NCBI GenBank assembly: GCA_007116145.1
Contig: SKJB01000050.1
Span: 1,638 to 65,637, forward strand
From: Limnochordia bacterium
GTDB taxonomy: Bacteria; Bacillota; Limnochordia; Darwinibacteriales; DTU012
Direction: 5' to 3'
Length of the DNA stretch: 64,000 bases
The notes beneath the pieces are model-generated. The model was not told the DNA's origin, did not search any database, and saw only the letters and a list, made by a program, of their open reading frames with translations. Positions 51,264 through 61,294 of this stretch are shown piece after piece; positions within the stretch are counted from its first letter, which is position 1; the number at the start of each line of letters is the position of its first letter. A program made the position numbers and the translations under genes.

Positions 51264-51656
51264 CTAAACCTCCTTCAAATAGATCTCATACTCCTGATCA
51301 GTCATTAGATTATCTACGTACTCCTCGTCTTGCGGTTCAACGGATACAATCCATCCCTGTCCATAACAGTCTTCATTAATCAATTCTGGACTGTCTTCGA
51401 GACGATCGTTTACAGCTACGATTGTCCCATCAATCGGAGCAATTATTTCAGATACAGCTTTAACCGATTCGACAACCGTAAACGGCTCACCTTGAATCAG
51501 TTGATCATCAAGCGAGGGTACCTCTACGAATACAACATCACCGAGCTTGTCTTGGGCAAAATCAGTAATCCCTATTTTAATACTTGCACCTTCACACTTA
51601 ACCCACTCATGATCTTTACTATACAAAAGCCCTTTCGCTACTTGCACATTAAACAC
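51264..51656 (-). CDS. gcvH: Glycine cleavage system H protein
   Basis: Lipoyl-lysine motif ESVKAVSE and HEWV N-terminal motif. Confidence 0.95.
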   Translation of the reverse strand: MFNVQVAKGLLYSKDHEWVKCEGASIKIGITDFAQDKLGDVVFVEVPSLDDQLIQGEPFTVVESVKAVSEIIAPIDGTIVAVNDRLEDSPELINEDCYGQGWIVSVEPQDEEYVDNLMTDQEYEIYLKEV

Positions 51657-51658
51657 TC

Positions 51659-52759
51659 CTATCGTCGTTTATTGTTTTGGACAATCCGTCCCTTTATAAC
51701 CTTTGCGGCAACGAAATCGCTGCGGATCTTAATGTAAACCTGACTGCCGGAAACTGCATATGCGGTCTGCACATAGCCTAGTGCAATACCCTTACCCTTC
51801 ATTGGTGAAATCGACCCACTAGAAACCTGACCGATTACCGTTTCCCCATCGGTAATCGGGTATCCTGCGCGGGGAATACCTCGTCCTTGGAGTTCTAATC
51901 CGACTAATCGGCGTTTAATACCTTGCTTCTTTTGTGCTAATAGACTCTTCTTACCGAAGAAGTTTGCCTTAGAAAACTTCACAAAACGCTCAAGGCCCGC
52001 CTCTAAAGGTGTCGTCTCCTCTGTGATTTCATTGCCATACAGAGGCATTCCCATCTCAAGACGCAAAGTATCACGGGCCCCTAAACCAATAGGCGCGATG
52101 GCAAATTCCGCTCCATTCACAAGGAGCTCCACCCACAATGCAGGAGCATCCACATGGGCAAGATAGAGTTCAAACCCATCCTCGCCTGTGTATCCAGTGC
52201 GTGATACCCGGATCTGTACTCCACCCCAATCCACATCACAAAAACCATAATAGGCTAAGTGGCTAAAGGGTTGTTGTAAGGTCTTCTCCAATACTGCTAA
52301 AGAGTTCGGTCCTTGAATCGCAATGAGCGCAGTCGCTAAAGTGATGTTGCGTATCTGAATATCCCCACTGGTATGTTCGATAATCCATTGATAATCCTTC
52401 GTAGTATTGCTGGCATTGACCACTAAATAGAGTCCCTCGGGAATACGATACACAAGAATATCATCGATAATTCCACCACTCTTTGTTAATAAAAAGTTAT
52501 ATTGAATCTGTCCTGGTGCTAACACACTGATATCGTTAGCAACTAAAGCATTCATTGCAGTCACCCCATCACTACCAGTAACAAGCAGTTCTCCCATGTG
52601 CGACAAATCGAAAATACCAACGGATTCACGCACACACCGATGTTCAGCCATGATGCTCGTATATTCCATAGGCATCGTCCAACCATGGAAATCAACCATT
52701 TTAGCATGGAGTGCAAGGTGTTCCTGATATAACGACGTATGTACCAACGTATGTACCAA
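51659..52759 (-). CDS. gcvT: Aminomethyltransferase (glycine cleavage T protein)
   Basis: SLYQEHLALHAKMVDFHGWTMPMEY..GIFDLSHMGE matches the GcvT N-terminus. TTG start after AAGGAGGG. The start region contains a 12-bp tandem duplication. Confidence 0.9.
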   Translation of the reverse strand: MVHTLVHTSLYQEHLALHAKMVDFHGWTMPMEYTSIMAEHRCVRESVGIFDLSHMGELLVTGSDGVTAMNALVANDISVLAPGQIQYNFLLTKSGGIIDDILVYRIPEGLYLVVNASNTTKDYQWIIEHTSGDIQIRNITLATALIAIQGPNSLAVLEKTLQQPFSHLAYYGFCDVDWGGVQIRVSRTGYTGEDGFELYLAHVDAPALWVELLVNGAEFAIAPIGLGARDTLRLEMGMPLYGNEITEETTPLEAGLERFVKFSKANFFGKKSLLAQKKQGIKRRLVGLELQGRGIPRAGYPITDGETVIGQVSSGSISPMKGKGIALGYVQTAYAVSGSQVYIKIRSDFVAAKVIKGRIVQNNKRR

Positions 52760-53183
52760 CGTATCCCTCCTTACGAGAAATTGTGTTCTTATGTCACCAA
52801 ACCCCGCGCTAACGTATAGTATGTGAGAGACAGCAATTACTTTAGAGGGGGGACGGTATGCTTACTCTAGTTAAATCTTTTCTAGACCCCATATTAAGAG
52901 CACAGAAGAGAACAATTATTCTCATTTGGAAGCCGGTTAAGAAACATTAGCTTCATCATTCACCCGCTTTAGAAGACGTAGGCCCTCAGTGATATACACT
53001 GGGGTCTTTGTTATCTGTGGTTGGTTTTCCACAGAAACTATAGTTATCCCCAAAAGCTGTAGATAACTTGTGCATAACTCAATCACAAACTCCTTATTTA
53101 TTACTTCGACCTTATCTCGTATTCTCCTGCGATAAAAGGAAGTCTGCACATACCCGAAAATCTATATTACGCACTGGTTTTCA

Positions 53184-54182
53184 TCAGTTGCGAGTAATTA
53201 GATATATCCGATACATCAGATAGACTCCAATATACCCAAAGAGTGGGTAGGCAACCTTAATTAAGTAGACAAATCCCATATTCGATGCGAGGGAAGCGGT
53301 GCCTACTAAGACAATACAAACTAGCGGATTTGGTAGTGTCAGCATTTGCCTTACTCGCATGGAAAGAGCCAGTGTGTTCGCAATTGCGGTTGTATACATG
53401 GCACACCAAAGAATCAGACCGTAAACAGCACCAATCCAACCGCTCCACCGGTTTGCTAACATAAGCATAGGAATCGGTTGAAAGAGCGTTAACGGGCTAG
53501 TACTCCACAACGCGAAGATTGTCACACTTAGTAACAATCCTAAAACCGCTCCTCCAAGACCGCCCCCTATTTTCGCTTGACGACCAGAAGGTAACACAGG
53601 GCCGACACCTGCAAAGATAGTAAGAGCAAAACCTAGGTTGTAACCGGCATATAGCAACCCATAGAGAGGTCCCATAACCACAGACTCCGTGGGCACAATG
53701 ACTGTCTCTATGCATATTGTGCGGACTCCTATCAGCATCATAATGAGCACCAGAGGACCAGTCATCCAACTACTGACCGCCATCACCTTTCCTGGTCCCT
53801 GCATGAGCACAAGCAGAACTAGACTAGCCGTTATATATCTTCCCCCTTCTATGCTTAGCAAATGCAGTATGGCCTCGTTGCTCCCTGCTAGCATGATCGC
53901 TAGACCTGCAAATAGGAAGAATCCTAGTGCGACGTCTAGGTAGGGTGCACCTACTTTCGTCAACTGTTGCAAGACTTGAAGATAGCTCGTTGTGTTATGA
54001 ACTGCACAGTAATTTACAATCCTCATCCCAAATATACTAAGGAGACTCGTAGCAATTAGTAAACCGATAAGACCACTCCAACCAAAGACAGCAAAGAACT
54101 GTACAGCTTCCTGTCCTGATGCAAAACCAGCACCGATCATTGAAACTATGTATAAAGAGGCTATTTTCCAAACCACATCCAT
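53184..54182 (-). CDS. YkvI/YyaD-type polytopic membrane protein (transporter-like, spore-associated in Bacillus)
   Basis: 332 aa, ~10 TM segments. Occupies the yyaD position next to yyaC. Confidence 0.55.
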   Translation of the reverse strand: MDVVWKIASLYIVSMIGAGFASGQEAVQFFAVFGWSGLIGLLIATSLLSIFGMRIVNYCAVHNTTSYLQVLQQLTKVGAPYLDVALGFFLFAGLAIMLAGSNEAILHLLSIEGGRYITASLVLLVLMQGPGKVMAVSSWMTGPLVLIMMLIGVRTICIETVIVPTESVVMGPLYGLLYAGYNLGFALTIFAGVGPVLPSGRQAKIGGGLGGAVLGLLLSVTIFALWSTSPLTLFQPIPMLMLANRWSGWIGAVYGLILWCAMYTTAIANTLALSMRVRQMLTLPNPLVCIVLVGTASLASNMGFVYLIKVAYPLFGYIGVYLMYRIYLITRN

Positions 54183-54322
54183 CCCTCCCCCACATGATTA
54201 TGAGAGAAGCGACCAAAGAATTCATCACAAACACATATTATACCATCACTCTGCGTATAATACACAAGACATGTTTTCGAAAAGAATCGTGCCCGAATTG
54301 TTTGTTAGGGGGAAGTTACATT

Positions 54323-54904
54323 ATGCTCACAAAAGCAAAAGCTCCAATCGCTCGTCTTCACATGGACGAACCTTTTGCATCAGAGTCATTAGCGTTGGCT
54401 ATGACTGGTGCATTTCAACAAACTAGTTTGGTTGTCGTATGTGTCGGTACAGACCGTTCTACAGGCGACTCATTAGGTCCACTTATTGGTAGCCGACTCA
54501 TGGCAGATCCGCGTTCAAATATCACCGTATATGGAACACTCGATGAACCTGTTCATGCACTTAATCTCGATCAGTATGTTAACCAGATTAAAAAAGACCA
54601 CCCCAACAGTACTACCCTGGCCATCGATGCCTGTCTAGGGCGATCAGAAAACGTAGGCTTTATCTCTTTGAAGGAAGGACCATTGAAACCGGGAACCGGA
54701 GTGAATAAAACGTTGCCAAACATTGGGGATTATCATCTTGTCGGTATTGTTAATGTGGGAGGACTCATGGAGTACTTTGTCTTACAAAACACAAGACTAA
54801 GTTTAGTCATGAAGATGAGTGACGTTATTTACGAAGGAATCAAATTGAGTTTTCAAGAGTGGAAAACCAGACCAAGCCGGGTGGGCGAATCTGCTATACC
54901 CTAA
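54323..54904 (+). CDS. yyaC: Sporulation protein YyaC (putative spore protease, Gpr-related fold)
   Basis: VVVCVGTDRSTGDSLGPLIGS and AIDACLGR motifs. ATG 54323 after AGGGGGAAG. The six-frame ORF extends upstream to 54119, but without homology. Confidence 0.8.
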   Translation: MLTKAKAPIARLHMDEPFASESLALAMTGAFQQTSLVVVCVGTDRSTGDSLGPLIGSRLMADPRSNITVYGTLDEPVHALNLDQYVNQIKKDHPNSTTLAIDACLGRSENVGFISLKEGPLKPGTGVNKTLPNIGDYHLVGIVNVGGLMEYFVLQNTRLSLVMKMSDVIYEGIKLSFQEWKTRPSRVGESAIP

Positions 54905-54925
54905 CGCATGGATGATTGTTGCCCT

Positions 54926-54967
54926 AGATAGAAATACGTGTTCCACGTGGAACACGTATTTCTATCT
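54926..54967. promoter_or_regulatory. 42-bp perfect palindrome with a central 16-bp parS-like site TGTTCCACGTGGAACA; likely centromere site and bidirectional terminator
   Basis: agatagaaatacgtgttccacgtggaacacgtatttctatct is fully self-complementary. The centre 54939-54954 matches the parS consensus tGTTnCACGTGnAACa. Lies between convergent yyaC and the ParA-like gene. Confidence 0.65.
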
Positions 54968-56101
54968 CACCACATTTTTCATTCTTTGCAAAAACGAATG
55001 GAATATTGCTGGTTGTTTCTTTTCAGCCACGTGACCAATAAATTGATCCGCCAGCCTTTGAATACACTTGCTACTGCCACTGCGGGGAGAACGGAGCAGT
55101 AAAGGTTCTTGCAACATTAGCGATCTGCGGACTGCGCTATCGTCATAAATAAAGCCTGCGTACTCAATATCTGTATGCAAAAACTTCTTAGCCGCGAACT
55201 GGACTTTCTCTGCGACTCGGAGAGCTTCTTGCTCCGACTCTACACGATTAACAACAAGCTTCAAATCTGATCTACCGTGCTCCTTAACCAACACTTTCAA
55301 CAATGCATAAGCATCTGTTAATGCGTGAGGTTCAGGCGTCGTAATGATATAACCCATTCCTGCAGCGGCCACGAAATTGGTAACATTACGGGACAGGCCT
55401 GCTGGAGTGTCGATAATCATGATATCAATGTACTCGGACAATGAGTCAAACCCTAGTGCTAGACGATTATACTCCACATCCCCCAACTCAGTCAACTGCT
55501 GAATGCCCGAACATCCAGGCAAAATCTTAATGCCCTTTGGTCCTTCAAGAATAGTGTCTAGCAGATCCATCTGACCAGAGATAACATGGGCTATGTTATA
55601 ACGTGGTGCCAAATTGAGCACTACATCAACATTCGCTGTTCCCAAATCACCATCGAGAATACAGACACACATTCCTCGTTGGGCGAGTGCTAGGGCCATG
55701 TTCACTGTAAAGGTGGTTTTTCCTACCCCTCCTTTGCCCGACGCTACTGCAAACAACCTCATATTATTCTTAGGTTCATAACTCCCCAAGTCAAACATTT
55801 CCTCTTGAATGGCTTGTAATACAAGGCAACGATGATCACCATTAACTCTGTCTATAACCGTACACTCTAGTTTCGTATCTTCTTCATCATTTTTATGTAT
55901 GGTTACTCGAATACCAACCGGAATAAATACGAGTTTTCCGTTGTCCATGGGAAACGTTATATGAATAATAGCCTTTGCGGGATTGCTTGCAATAACCGTG
56001 GTTGGATACACCCCTTTGACAACATAGGACTCAACCCGAAGTTCTATCGCAGTTCCCGGTTTCCATGGTAACTCAGTGCGTTCGTAGCGATTTCCAATCA
56101 T
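54962..56101 (-). CDS. ParA/MinD-family P-loop ATPase with an extra ~115-aa N-terminal beta-rich domain (third ParA-like gene of the par locus)
   Basis: Deviant Walker A ASGKGGVGKTT, A' box ILDGDLGTANV and Walker B IMIIDTPAG. The N-terminal region (MIGNRYERTELPWKPGTAIELRVESYV...) has no Walker motifs. Start at ATG 56101 after GGGGGA. Confidence 0.7.
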   Translation of the reverse strand: MIGNRYERTELPWKPGTAIELRVESYVVKGVYPTTVIASNPAKAIIHITFPMDNGKLVFIPVGIRVTIHKNDEEDTKLECTVIDRVNGDHRCLVLQAIQEEMFDLGSYEPKNNMRLFAVASGKGGVGKTTFTVNMALALAQRGMCVCILDGDLGTANVDVVLNLAPRYNIAHVISGQMDLLDTILEGPKGIKILPGCSGIQQLTELGDVEYNRLALGFDSLSEYIDIMIIDTPAGLSRNVTNFVAAAGMGYIITTPEPHALTDAYALLKVLVKEHGRSDLKLVVNRVESEQEALRVAEKVQFAAKKFLHTDIEYAGFIYDDSAVRRSLMLQEPLLLRSPRSGSSKCIQRLADQFIGHVAEKKQPAIFHSFLQRMKNVVR

Positions 56102-56118
56102 TACCATTCCCCCATCGT

Positions 56119-56952
56119 TTAACCTCTCATAAACTCAAGGATTCGTTCAAGCTCCTCGTCCGAATAGTACTCAATTTGAATCTTTCCTTTGCCTTTCCGA
56201 TAATCAAGCTTCACTTTTGTCCCTAAAACGCGTTGCAACTCATCTTGTAAACCCTGAACTTCTGGGGTTTTACTCAAACTTGTTCCACGTGGAACACTCT
56301 GCTTTGCTTTAAGCAGTTTTTCTAGCTGACGCACAGAGAGATCCTCACTGATAACTCGTTCTGCTAGCACTTGTCGTTCTGCTCTGCTCTCTACAGAGAG
56401 GAGTACTTTTGCATGTCCTGTACTTAATTTTCCACTGATGACACACTGTTTCACTTTACTATCCAAACCTAACAAACGTAGTGAATTAGCCACCGATGAC
56501 CGTTTCTTACCAACAGAATACGCAACTTCCTCCTGGGTAAGAGCAAACTCTTCAATAAGTCTTTGATACCCTTCGGCTTCCTCTATTGCATTTAGATCCT
56601 CCCGTTGCAAGTTCTCGATCAGTGCTATTTCCATCATCTCTTTATCTGTTAGCTCGCGAACCACTGCTGGAATTGTCGCTATATCAGCCAACGTACAAGC
56701 TCGCCAACGTCTCTCGCCCACTACTATCTCATAGGTATTGCCCTTACTGCGCACGATAATTGGTTCTAATACCCCATACTGACGAATTGATGCCGCAAGT
56801 TGCTCTAATTTCTCTTCGTCAAAGTGTTTGCGAGGTTGAAAGGGATTAGCGGTAATCATTTTTGTCTTAAGTTCTTCCACTCCTGACTGATTTCCTTCCT
56901 CCGCTTGCGGAATCAGTGAACGTAAACCCTTACCCAAAGCTTGTCTACTCAA
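56119..56952 (-). CDS. spo0J: Chromosome partitioning protein ParB/Spo0J
   Basis: ParB box [13 protein letters not shown], an HTH region and a GERRWRA motif. Contains an internal parS. Confidence 0.92.
   Translation of the reverse strand: MSRQALGKGLRSLIPQAEEGNQSGVEELKTKMITANPFQPRKHFDEEKLEQLAASIRQYGVLEPIIVRSKGNTYEIVVGERRWRACTLADIATIPAVVRELTDKEMMEIALIENLQREDLNAIEEAEGYQRLIEEFALTQEEVAYSVGKKRSSVANSLRLLGLDSKVKQCVISGKLSTGHAKVLLSVESRAERQVLAERVISEDLSVRQLEKLLKAKQSVPRGTSLSKTPEVQGLQDELQRVLGTKVKLDYRKGKGKIQIEYYSDEELERILEFMRG
56281..56296. promoter_or_regulatory. parS site TGTTCCACGTGGAACA inside the spo0J coding sequence
   Basis: Exact 16-bp palindrome identical to the core of the 54926-54967 palindrome. 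An internal parS in spo0J is the classical arrangement in B. subtilis. Confidence 0.7.
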
Positions 56953-57712
56953 GCGCTAAAACCTCCTCCGCTAAACTTCTATATGCTAAAGCCCCTTTGG
57001 ATTTATCATCATAGATGGCTATGGGTTGTCCAAAACTCGGTGCTTCACTCAGGCGAATATTTCTTGGAATAATGGACTCATACACTTTCACTTGCGATTG
57101 AAAGTAGTTTTTTACATCCTGAATGACCTGTTGTGAGAGGTTTGTGCGGGCATCAAACATTGTCATTACGACGCCCTCCCACTCTAATTCAGGGTTTAAA
57201 TGCTCTTGTACCATGGCAATTGTGCTTACTAATTGACTTAAACCTTCTAAAGCATAGTATTCACACTGAATCGGTACAATCACCGAATTTGATGCACTCA
57301 ATCCATTTATCGTCAATAAACCGAGCGATGGTGGTGCATCGGTTAAAATATAATCATAACGACTAGCTACACTATCCAAAGCTTTCTTCAATCGAAATTC
57401 ACGAGAAATCGTGGAGACTAATTCAATCTCTGCTCCTGCTAGTTCGATTGTGGCTGGAGCAATGTGAAATCGATCAATCTCTGTTTCAAGGATGATCCGC
57501 TCAAGGCGCTCTCCCTCAATAAGGACTGAATACATACATCGGTTAATCTGACTCTTGTCCACACCAACCCCACTCGATGCATTACCCTGAGGGTCAATAT
57601 CGACTAATAGTACCCGCTGTCCGGCTAATGCTAAATATGCACCCAAGTTAACTGCTGTTGTACTCTTACCAACACCACCTTTTTGATTCACTATGGAGAT
57701 TACCTTTGCCAT
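56945..57712 (-). CDS. soj: Chromosome partitioning ATPase ParA/Soj
   Basis: [23 protein letters not shown] deviant Walker A. Overlaps spo0J by 8 nt. Confidence 0.92.
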   Translation of the reverse strand: MAKVISIVNQKGGVGKSTTAVNLGAYLALAGQRVLLVDIDPQGNASSGVGVDKSQINRCMYSVLIEGERLERIILETEIDRFHIAPATIELAGAEIELVSTISREFRLKKALDSVASRYDYILTDAPPSLGLLTINGLSASNSVIVPIQCEYYALEGLSQLVSTIAMVQEHLNPELEWEGVVMTMFDARTNLSQQVIQDVKNYFQSQVKVYESIIPRNIRLSEAPSFGQPIAIYDDKSKGALAYRSLAEEVLALE

Positions 57713-58587
57713 TATTGTCCCCCCTTTTTCGGTTTGCGAATAACTACACTCACTTTATAATACTCTTCTTCCTCTTCCTCGAGATAATCAACTGTAAGCC
57801 CACTTTCTGTAAGGCAATCGGTCAATTCTTTCAAACTATTCGTAAACAGTCTAATATCCTTAAAAACGATCTTCCGGTTACTGCGTTGCGGTTCCTTCGG
57901 CAACTTCTTCTCATTGATTTTTTCAACAAGAGTCTCAGTCTGTGCTACATTGAGGCTCTTATCTGCAATTTCCTTGATGAGAGCTAATCTTTCTTCCTGA
58001 GAATCTACCTTAAGCAACGCACGAGCATGACGTGCACTAAGGCTATGCTCTGAAATTGCTGCTCGTTCTACGGTACTTAACTTCAATAATCTCAGTCGAT
58101 TTGCAATACTTGATTGACTCTTTCCCAACTTTTTTGCTAATTCCTCTTGTTTTAATTCAAATTCTTCTAACAGTCGGTAATACCCTTCTGCTTCCTCAAA
58201 AAAATGCAAATCTCGACGCTGCAGATTCTCAATTAGAGCTAGTTCAGCCGATGCTTTATCGGTTACCTGTTTAATAATTGCAGGAACTGATGTCCAACCC
58301 AGTAGTTTACAGGCTCTTAAACGTCTTTCTCCAACTATTAGCTGATAATTATCTTCAAACTCTCGAACAATTACTGGATGGAGAATACCGTGCTCACTGA
58401 TGGATTGGGCTAATTCATCGAGTCCCTCGCTATCAAACTCACTGCGTGGTTGATACGGATTGGTCTGGATTCTTTCAATACCGATCGATTGAACTTCCTC
58501 TCTCCATCTTTCACTGTGGGATTCACTTTCATCCAAAGATTTACCTTTTGCCCGTAACATATCGGTTAGCTTCATCGTTGTCACCAC
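57712..58587 (-). CDS. noc: Nucleoid occlusion protein Noc (ParB paralog)
   Basis: ParB box [13 protein letters not shown] and HTH. Position between rsmG and soj, as noc in Bacillus. Confidence 0.8.
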   Translation of the reverse strand: MVTTMKLTDMLRAKGKSLDESESHSERWREEVQSIGIERIQTNPYQPRSEFDSEGLDELAQSISEHGILHPVIVREFEDNYQLIVGERRLRACKLLGWTSVPAIIKQVTDKASAELALIENLQRRDLHFFEEAEGYYRLLEEFELKQEELAKKLGKSQSSIANRLRLLKLSTVERAAISEHSLSARHARALLKVDSQEERLALIKEIADKSLNVAQTETLVEKINEKKLPKEPQRSNRKIVFKDIRLFTNSLKELTDCLTESGLTVDYLEEEEEEYYKVSVVIRKPKKGGQ

Positions 58588-58683
58588 CTATAACTCTTCT
58601 TGCTTGTGTAATTCGTTACTGTATACTAGGCTTCCTTCTGTGCAACAAAAAAAGCAAGCGTCTCCCTTACCTTTTACTTCTAC

Positions 58684-59406
58684 CTACAAAGGTTGCTTGC
58701 TTGGAGTACCAGCTTTACGAGGATATTGATTGGGAGTTTCGTGTATCTTCTCATATACAATGACGGAGCGCTGTCCCATCCCAAATGGAAGTTCATAGAC
58801 ATAAGTCTCCGCCACTATTGCTCCTAAAAGCTCACAACTGCGTTTGCTTGCTTCTAACTCTGCTTCGATATCCCCACTTTTTAGTGCAATAAAAGTGCCC
58901 TTCTGCTTGATATAAGGAATACAATATTCCAGTAAAACAGGAAGCCCAGCCACAGCGCGGGCGATACCCCAATCAAAACCCTGTCTATAAGTACTCTTTT
59001 TGGCAATTTCTTCGGCACGCCCATGAATACCCGCTGTATTATCAACCCCAACCTGGGTACAGCTATTTTGGATAAACTTAATTCTTTTTTCTAAACTATC
59101 TAATAATGTTAGTTTTGCAGAGGGATAATACACGGCAAGTGCTATCCCTGGAAAGCCAGGACCCGTACCTATATCGATCCCTCGACCCTGACTGAAATCT
59201 CTAACCTTTGTACACAAAAGTGAATCGACATAGTGTTTAATGGCAAACTCCTTCGGTTCGACAATCCGGGTTAAATTCATGGCTTTATTCGTTTCAATCA
59301 CTAATTCTGCATACTGAACAAGTTTGGTCACCTGTTCTTCGCTAATTGTGATACTTACTGCCTCGCATCCCTTGATTAACCACTCACGTAGCTCTACTCC
59401 AAACAT
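58684..59406 (-). CDS. rsmG: 16S rRNA (guanine527-N7)-methyltransferase RsmG (GidB)
   Basis: SAM motif GIDIGTGPGFPG. Confidence 0.9.
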   Translation of the reverse strand: MFGVELREWLIKGCEAVSITISEEQVTKLVQYAELVIETNKAMNLTRIVEPKEFAIKHYVDSLLCTKVRDFSQGRGIDIGTGPGFPGIALAVYYPSAKLTLLDSLEKRIKFIQNSCTQVGVDNTAGIHGRAEEIAKKSTYRQGFDWGIARAVAGLPVLLEYCIPYIKQKGTFIALKSGDIEAELEASKRSCELLGAIVAETYVYELPFGMGQRSVIVYEKIHETPNQYPRKAGTPSKQPL

Positions 59407-59416
59407 ATCTGCACCC

Positions 59417-61294
59417 CTATTCTCTAACCAAATTCGCCTGTAGCTGCTGCAAATGAATCATCAATACTGAAATATCTGCTGGCGATACTCCTGAAATCCG
59501 CGATGCCTGTCCTAGAGTCAATGGTTGATGTCTAGCTAATTTTTCCTGTGCTTCCCGTGAAAGTCCGTGAATCTGGGCATAGTTAAGCGGTGGCAACGCC
59601 CGCTCCTCCACCCTGCGAAACCGCTCAATTGCTCCAAGCTGTTTTTTTAAATACCCTGCATACTTTATGCTAATGGCTACAGCATCATGAACTTCCTTCG
59701 TCAACTTCGGCACTGTGGCAAAACGCGCAAGATCGAAATAGCTAATTTCTGGTCGTCTTAATAACTCTGCCAAACTTGCTCCATGCCCTAATGGAGCCGA
59801 ATCTAGGGCTACCAACGCCTCATTCACAGCACTAGTTGCTCCGATCTGGGTTTTTTCTAATCGATCCACTTCTTGCCCGATCTGATGCCACTTCTCTTGA
59901 AATCCTTGGAAGCGCTCTTCACTGATCAAGCCTAATTGATGTCCTATTTCAGTCAAGCGCTGATCTGCGTTGTCTTGTCGCAAAAACAGGCGATATTCTG
60001 CCCTCGATGTCATCATCCGGTAGGGCTCCTGTGTGCCTTTAATCACTAAATCATCAATAAGCACCCCAATATAGGCTTGGGAGCGATCTAATGTTACTAG
60101 TGGTTTATTCTGAGCAAACAATGCGGCATTAATCCCTGCAATTAGCCCTTGGGCTGCAGCTTCCTCGTAGCCTGATGTGCCATTAATTTGGCCCGCTGCA
60201 AACAAGCCAGCAATAGACTTAACCTGCAGATAGCTATTTAAAGCTAAAGGATCAAGACAGTCATACTCAATAGCATATCCCGCTCGCATTATTTCGACAT
60301 TTCGTAGTCCTGGGATAGTCTGTAAAAACTCTAATTGCACATCCACCGGGAGCGATGTCGACAAACCTGATAGATAACCCTCTGCTGTATTCCAGCCTTC
60401 TGGCTCCACGAATACTTGGTGTCCTTTGCGATCGGGGAACTGAACGATCTTGCTCTCAATCGACGGACAATACCGTGGTCCAACTCCTTTTATGGCTCCA
60501 CTATACATGGCGGATCGCTGCAAATTTTCTTGGATTACTCGATGGGATTCCTCATTGGTATATGTGAGCCAGCAAGGAACTTGCTCCACATCATACCCTT
60601 TTGTCTCAAAGGAAAACCCATAGAAAAACTCATTACCTGGTTGAATCGTCATCTCTTTATAATCTAATGACTGTAAATTCACTCTCGGTGGAGTGCCCGT
60701 TTTAAACCGCACCAAAGGCAACCATCTTTCTAAATCTTCACCTAAAGCCTGGGCTGGGTGCTGTCCTTGAGGGCCTGAAGCATAGCTATAGTCTCCGATA
60801 AAAATCTGTGATCGGAGATAGGTACCTGTAGCCAAGATCACTGTTTTTGCGAGAATCTGTTCCCCGCGTATTGAAACACCCTCTACAACACCATCATGAA
60901 CAAGAAGAGCGTCCACTATGCCTTCCTTCAATGCGAGTCCTGGTGTTAGCTCCAAAACTTCCTTCATCCGTCTCTGGTATAACTTACGATCTGCCTGTGC
61001 ACGCAATGCCTGAACGGCGGGACCTTTGCGAGTGTTTAACATGCGCATCTGCATAAGAGTAGCATCAATATTACGACCCATCTCACCACCTAAAGCATCT
61101 ATCTCGCGCACGAGATTTGCCTTAGCTGGCCCTCCGATAGAAGGATTACATGGCATCAATGCTACATTATCAATATTCATGGTTAAGAGCAAAACTTCTT
61201 GGTTCATCCGGGCTGCAGCCAAAGCAGCCTCGCAACCTGCATGTCCAGCTCCGATAACAATGACATCAAATCGCTCACTTCTAGGCTGATACAT
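59417..61294 (-). CDS. mnmG: tRNA uridine 5-carboxymethylaminomethyl modification enzyme MnmG (GidA), copy adjacent to rsmG
   Basis: FAD motif [17 protein letters not shown]. Conserved [29 protein letters not shown] and [13 protein letters not shown] motifs. ATG after GGGAGCTGGAGAG. 14-nt overlap with the upstream paralog. Confidence 0.9.
   Translation of the reverse strand: MYQPRSERFDVIVIGAGHAGCEAALAAARMNQEVLLLTMNIDNVALMPCNPSIGGPAKANLVREIDALGGEMGRNIDATLMQMRMLNTRKGPAVQALRAQADRKLYQRRMKEVLELTPGLALKEGIVDALLVHDGVVEGVSIRGEQILAKTVILATGTYLRSQIFIGDYSYASGPQGQHPAQALGEDLERWLPLVRFKTGTPPRVNLQSLDYKEMTIQPGNEFFYGFSFETKGYDVEQVPCWLTYTNEESHRVIQENLQRSAMYSGAIKGVGPRYCPSIESKIVQFPDRKGHQVFVEPEGWNTAEGYLSGLSTSLPVDVQLEFLQTIPGLRNVEIMRAGYAIEYDCLDPLALNSYLQVKSIAGLFAAGQINGTSGYEEAAAQGLIAGINAALFAQNKPLVTLDRSQAYIGVLIDDLVIKGTQEPYRMMTSRAEYRLFLRQDNADQRLTEIGHQLGLISEERFQGFQEKWHQIGQEVDRLEKTQIGATSAVNEALVALDSAPLGHGASLAELLRRPEISYFDLARFATVPKLTKEVHDAVAISIKYAGYLKKQLGAIERFRRVEERALPPLNYAQIHGLSREAQEKLARHQPLTLGQASRISGVSPADISVLMIHLQQLQANLVRE

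Noticed and set aside
52937-53149. 70-aa ORF inside the gcvT leader region
   Set aside because: No RBS and odd composition. It overlaps the structured leader, so it is more likely non-coding 5' UTR.
52760-53183. Glycine riboswitch upstream of gcvT
   Set aside because: I looked for the GGAGAG, ACCGAAGGGGCAA and CUCAGGCAAAAGGAC cores on the transcribed strand and found only a weak GGAGAA...GGUCGAAGUAAUAAA resemblance. Not called as a feature; it needs a covariance-model scan.
54962-56107. Calling the N-terminal domain of the ParA-like protein a c-di-GMP-binding PilZ domain
   Set aside because: The canonical RxxxR and D/NxSxxG motifs are not evident (only an RYER at residues 7-10), so I left it as an unassigned domain.
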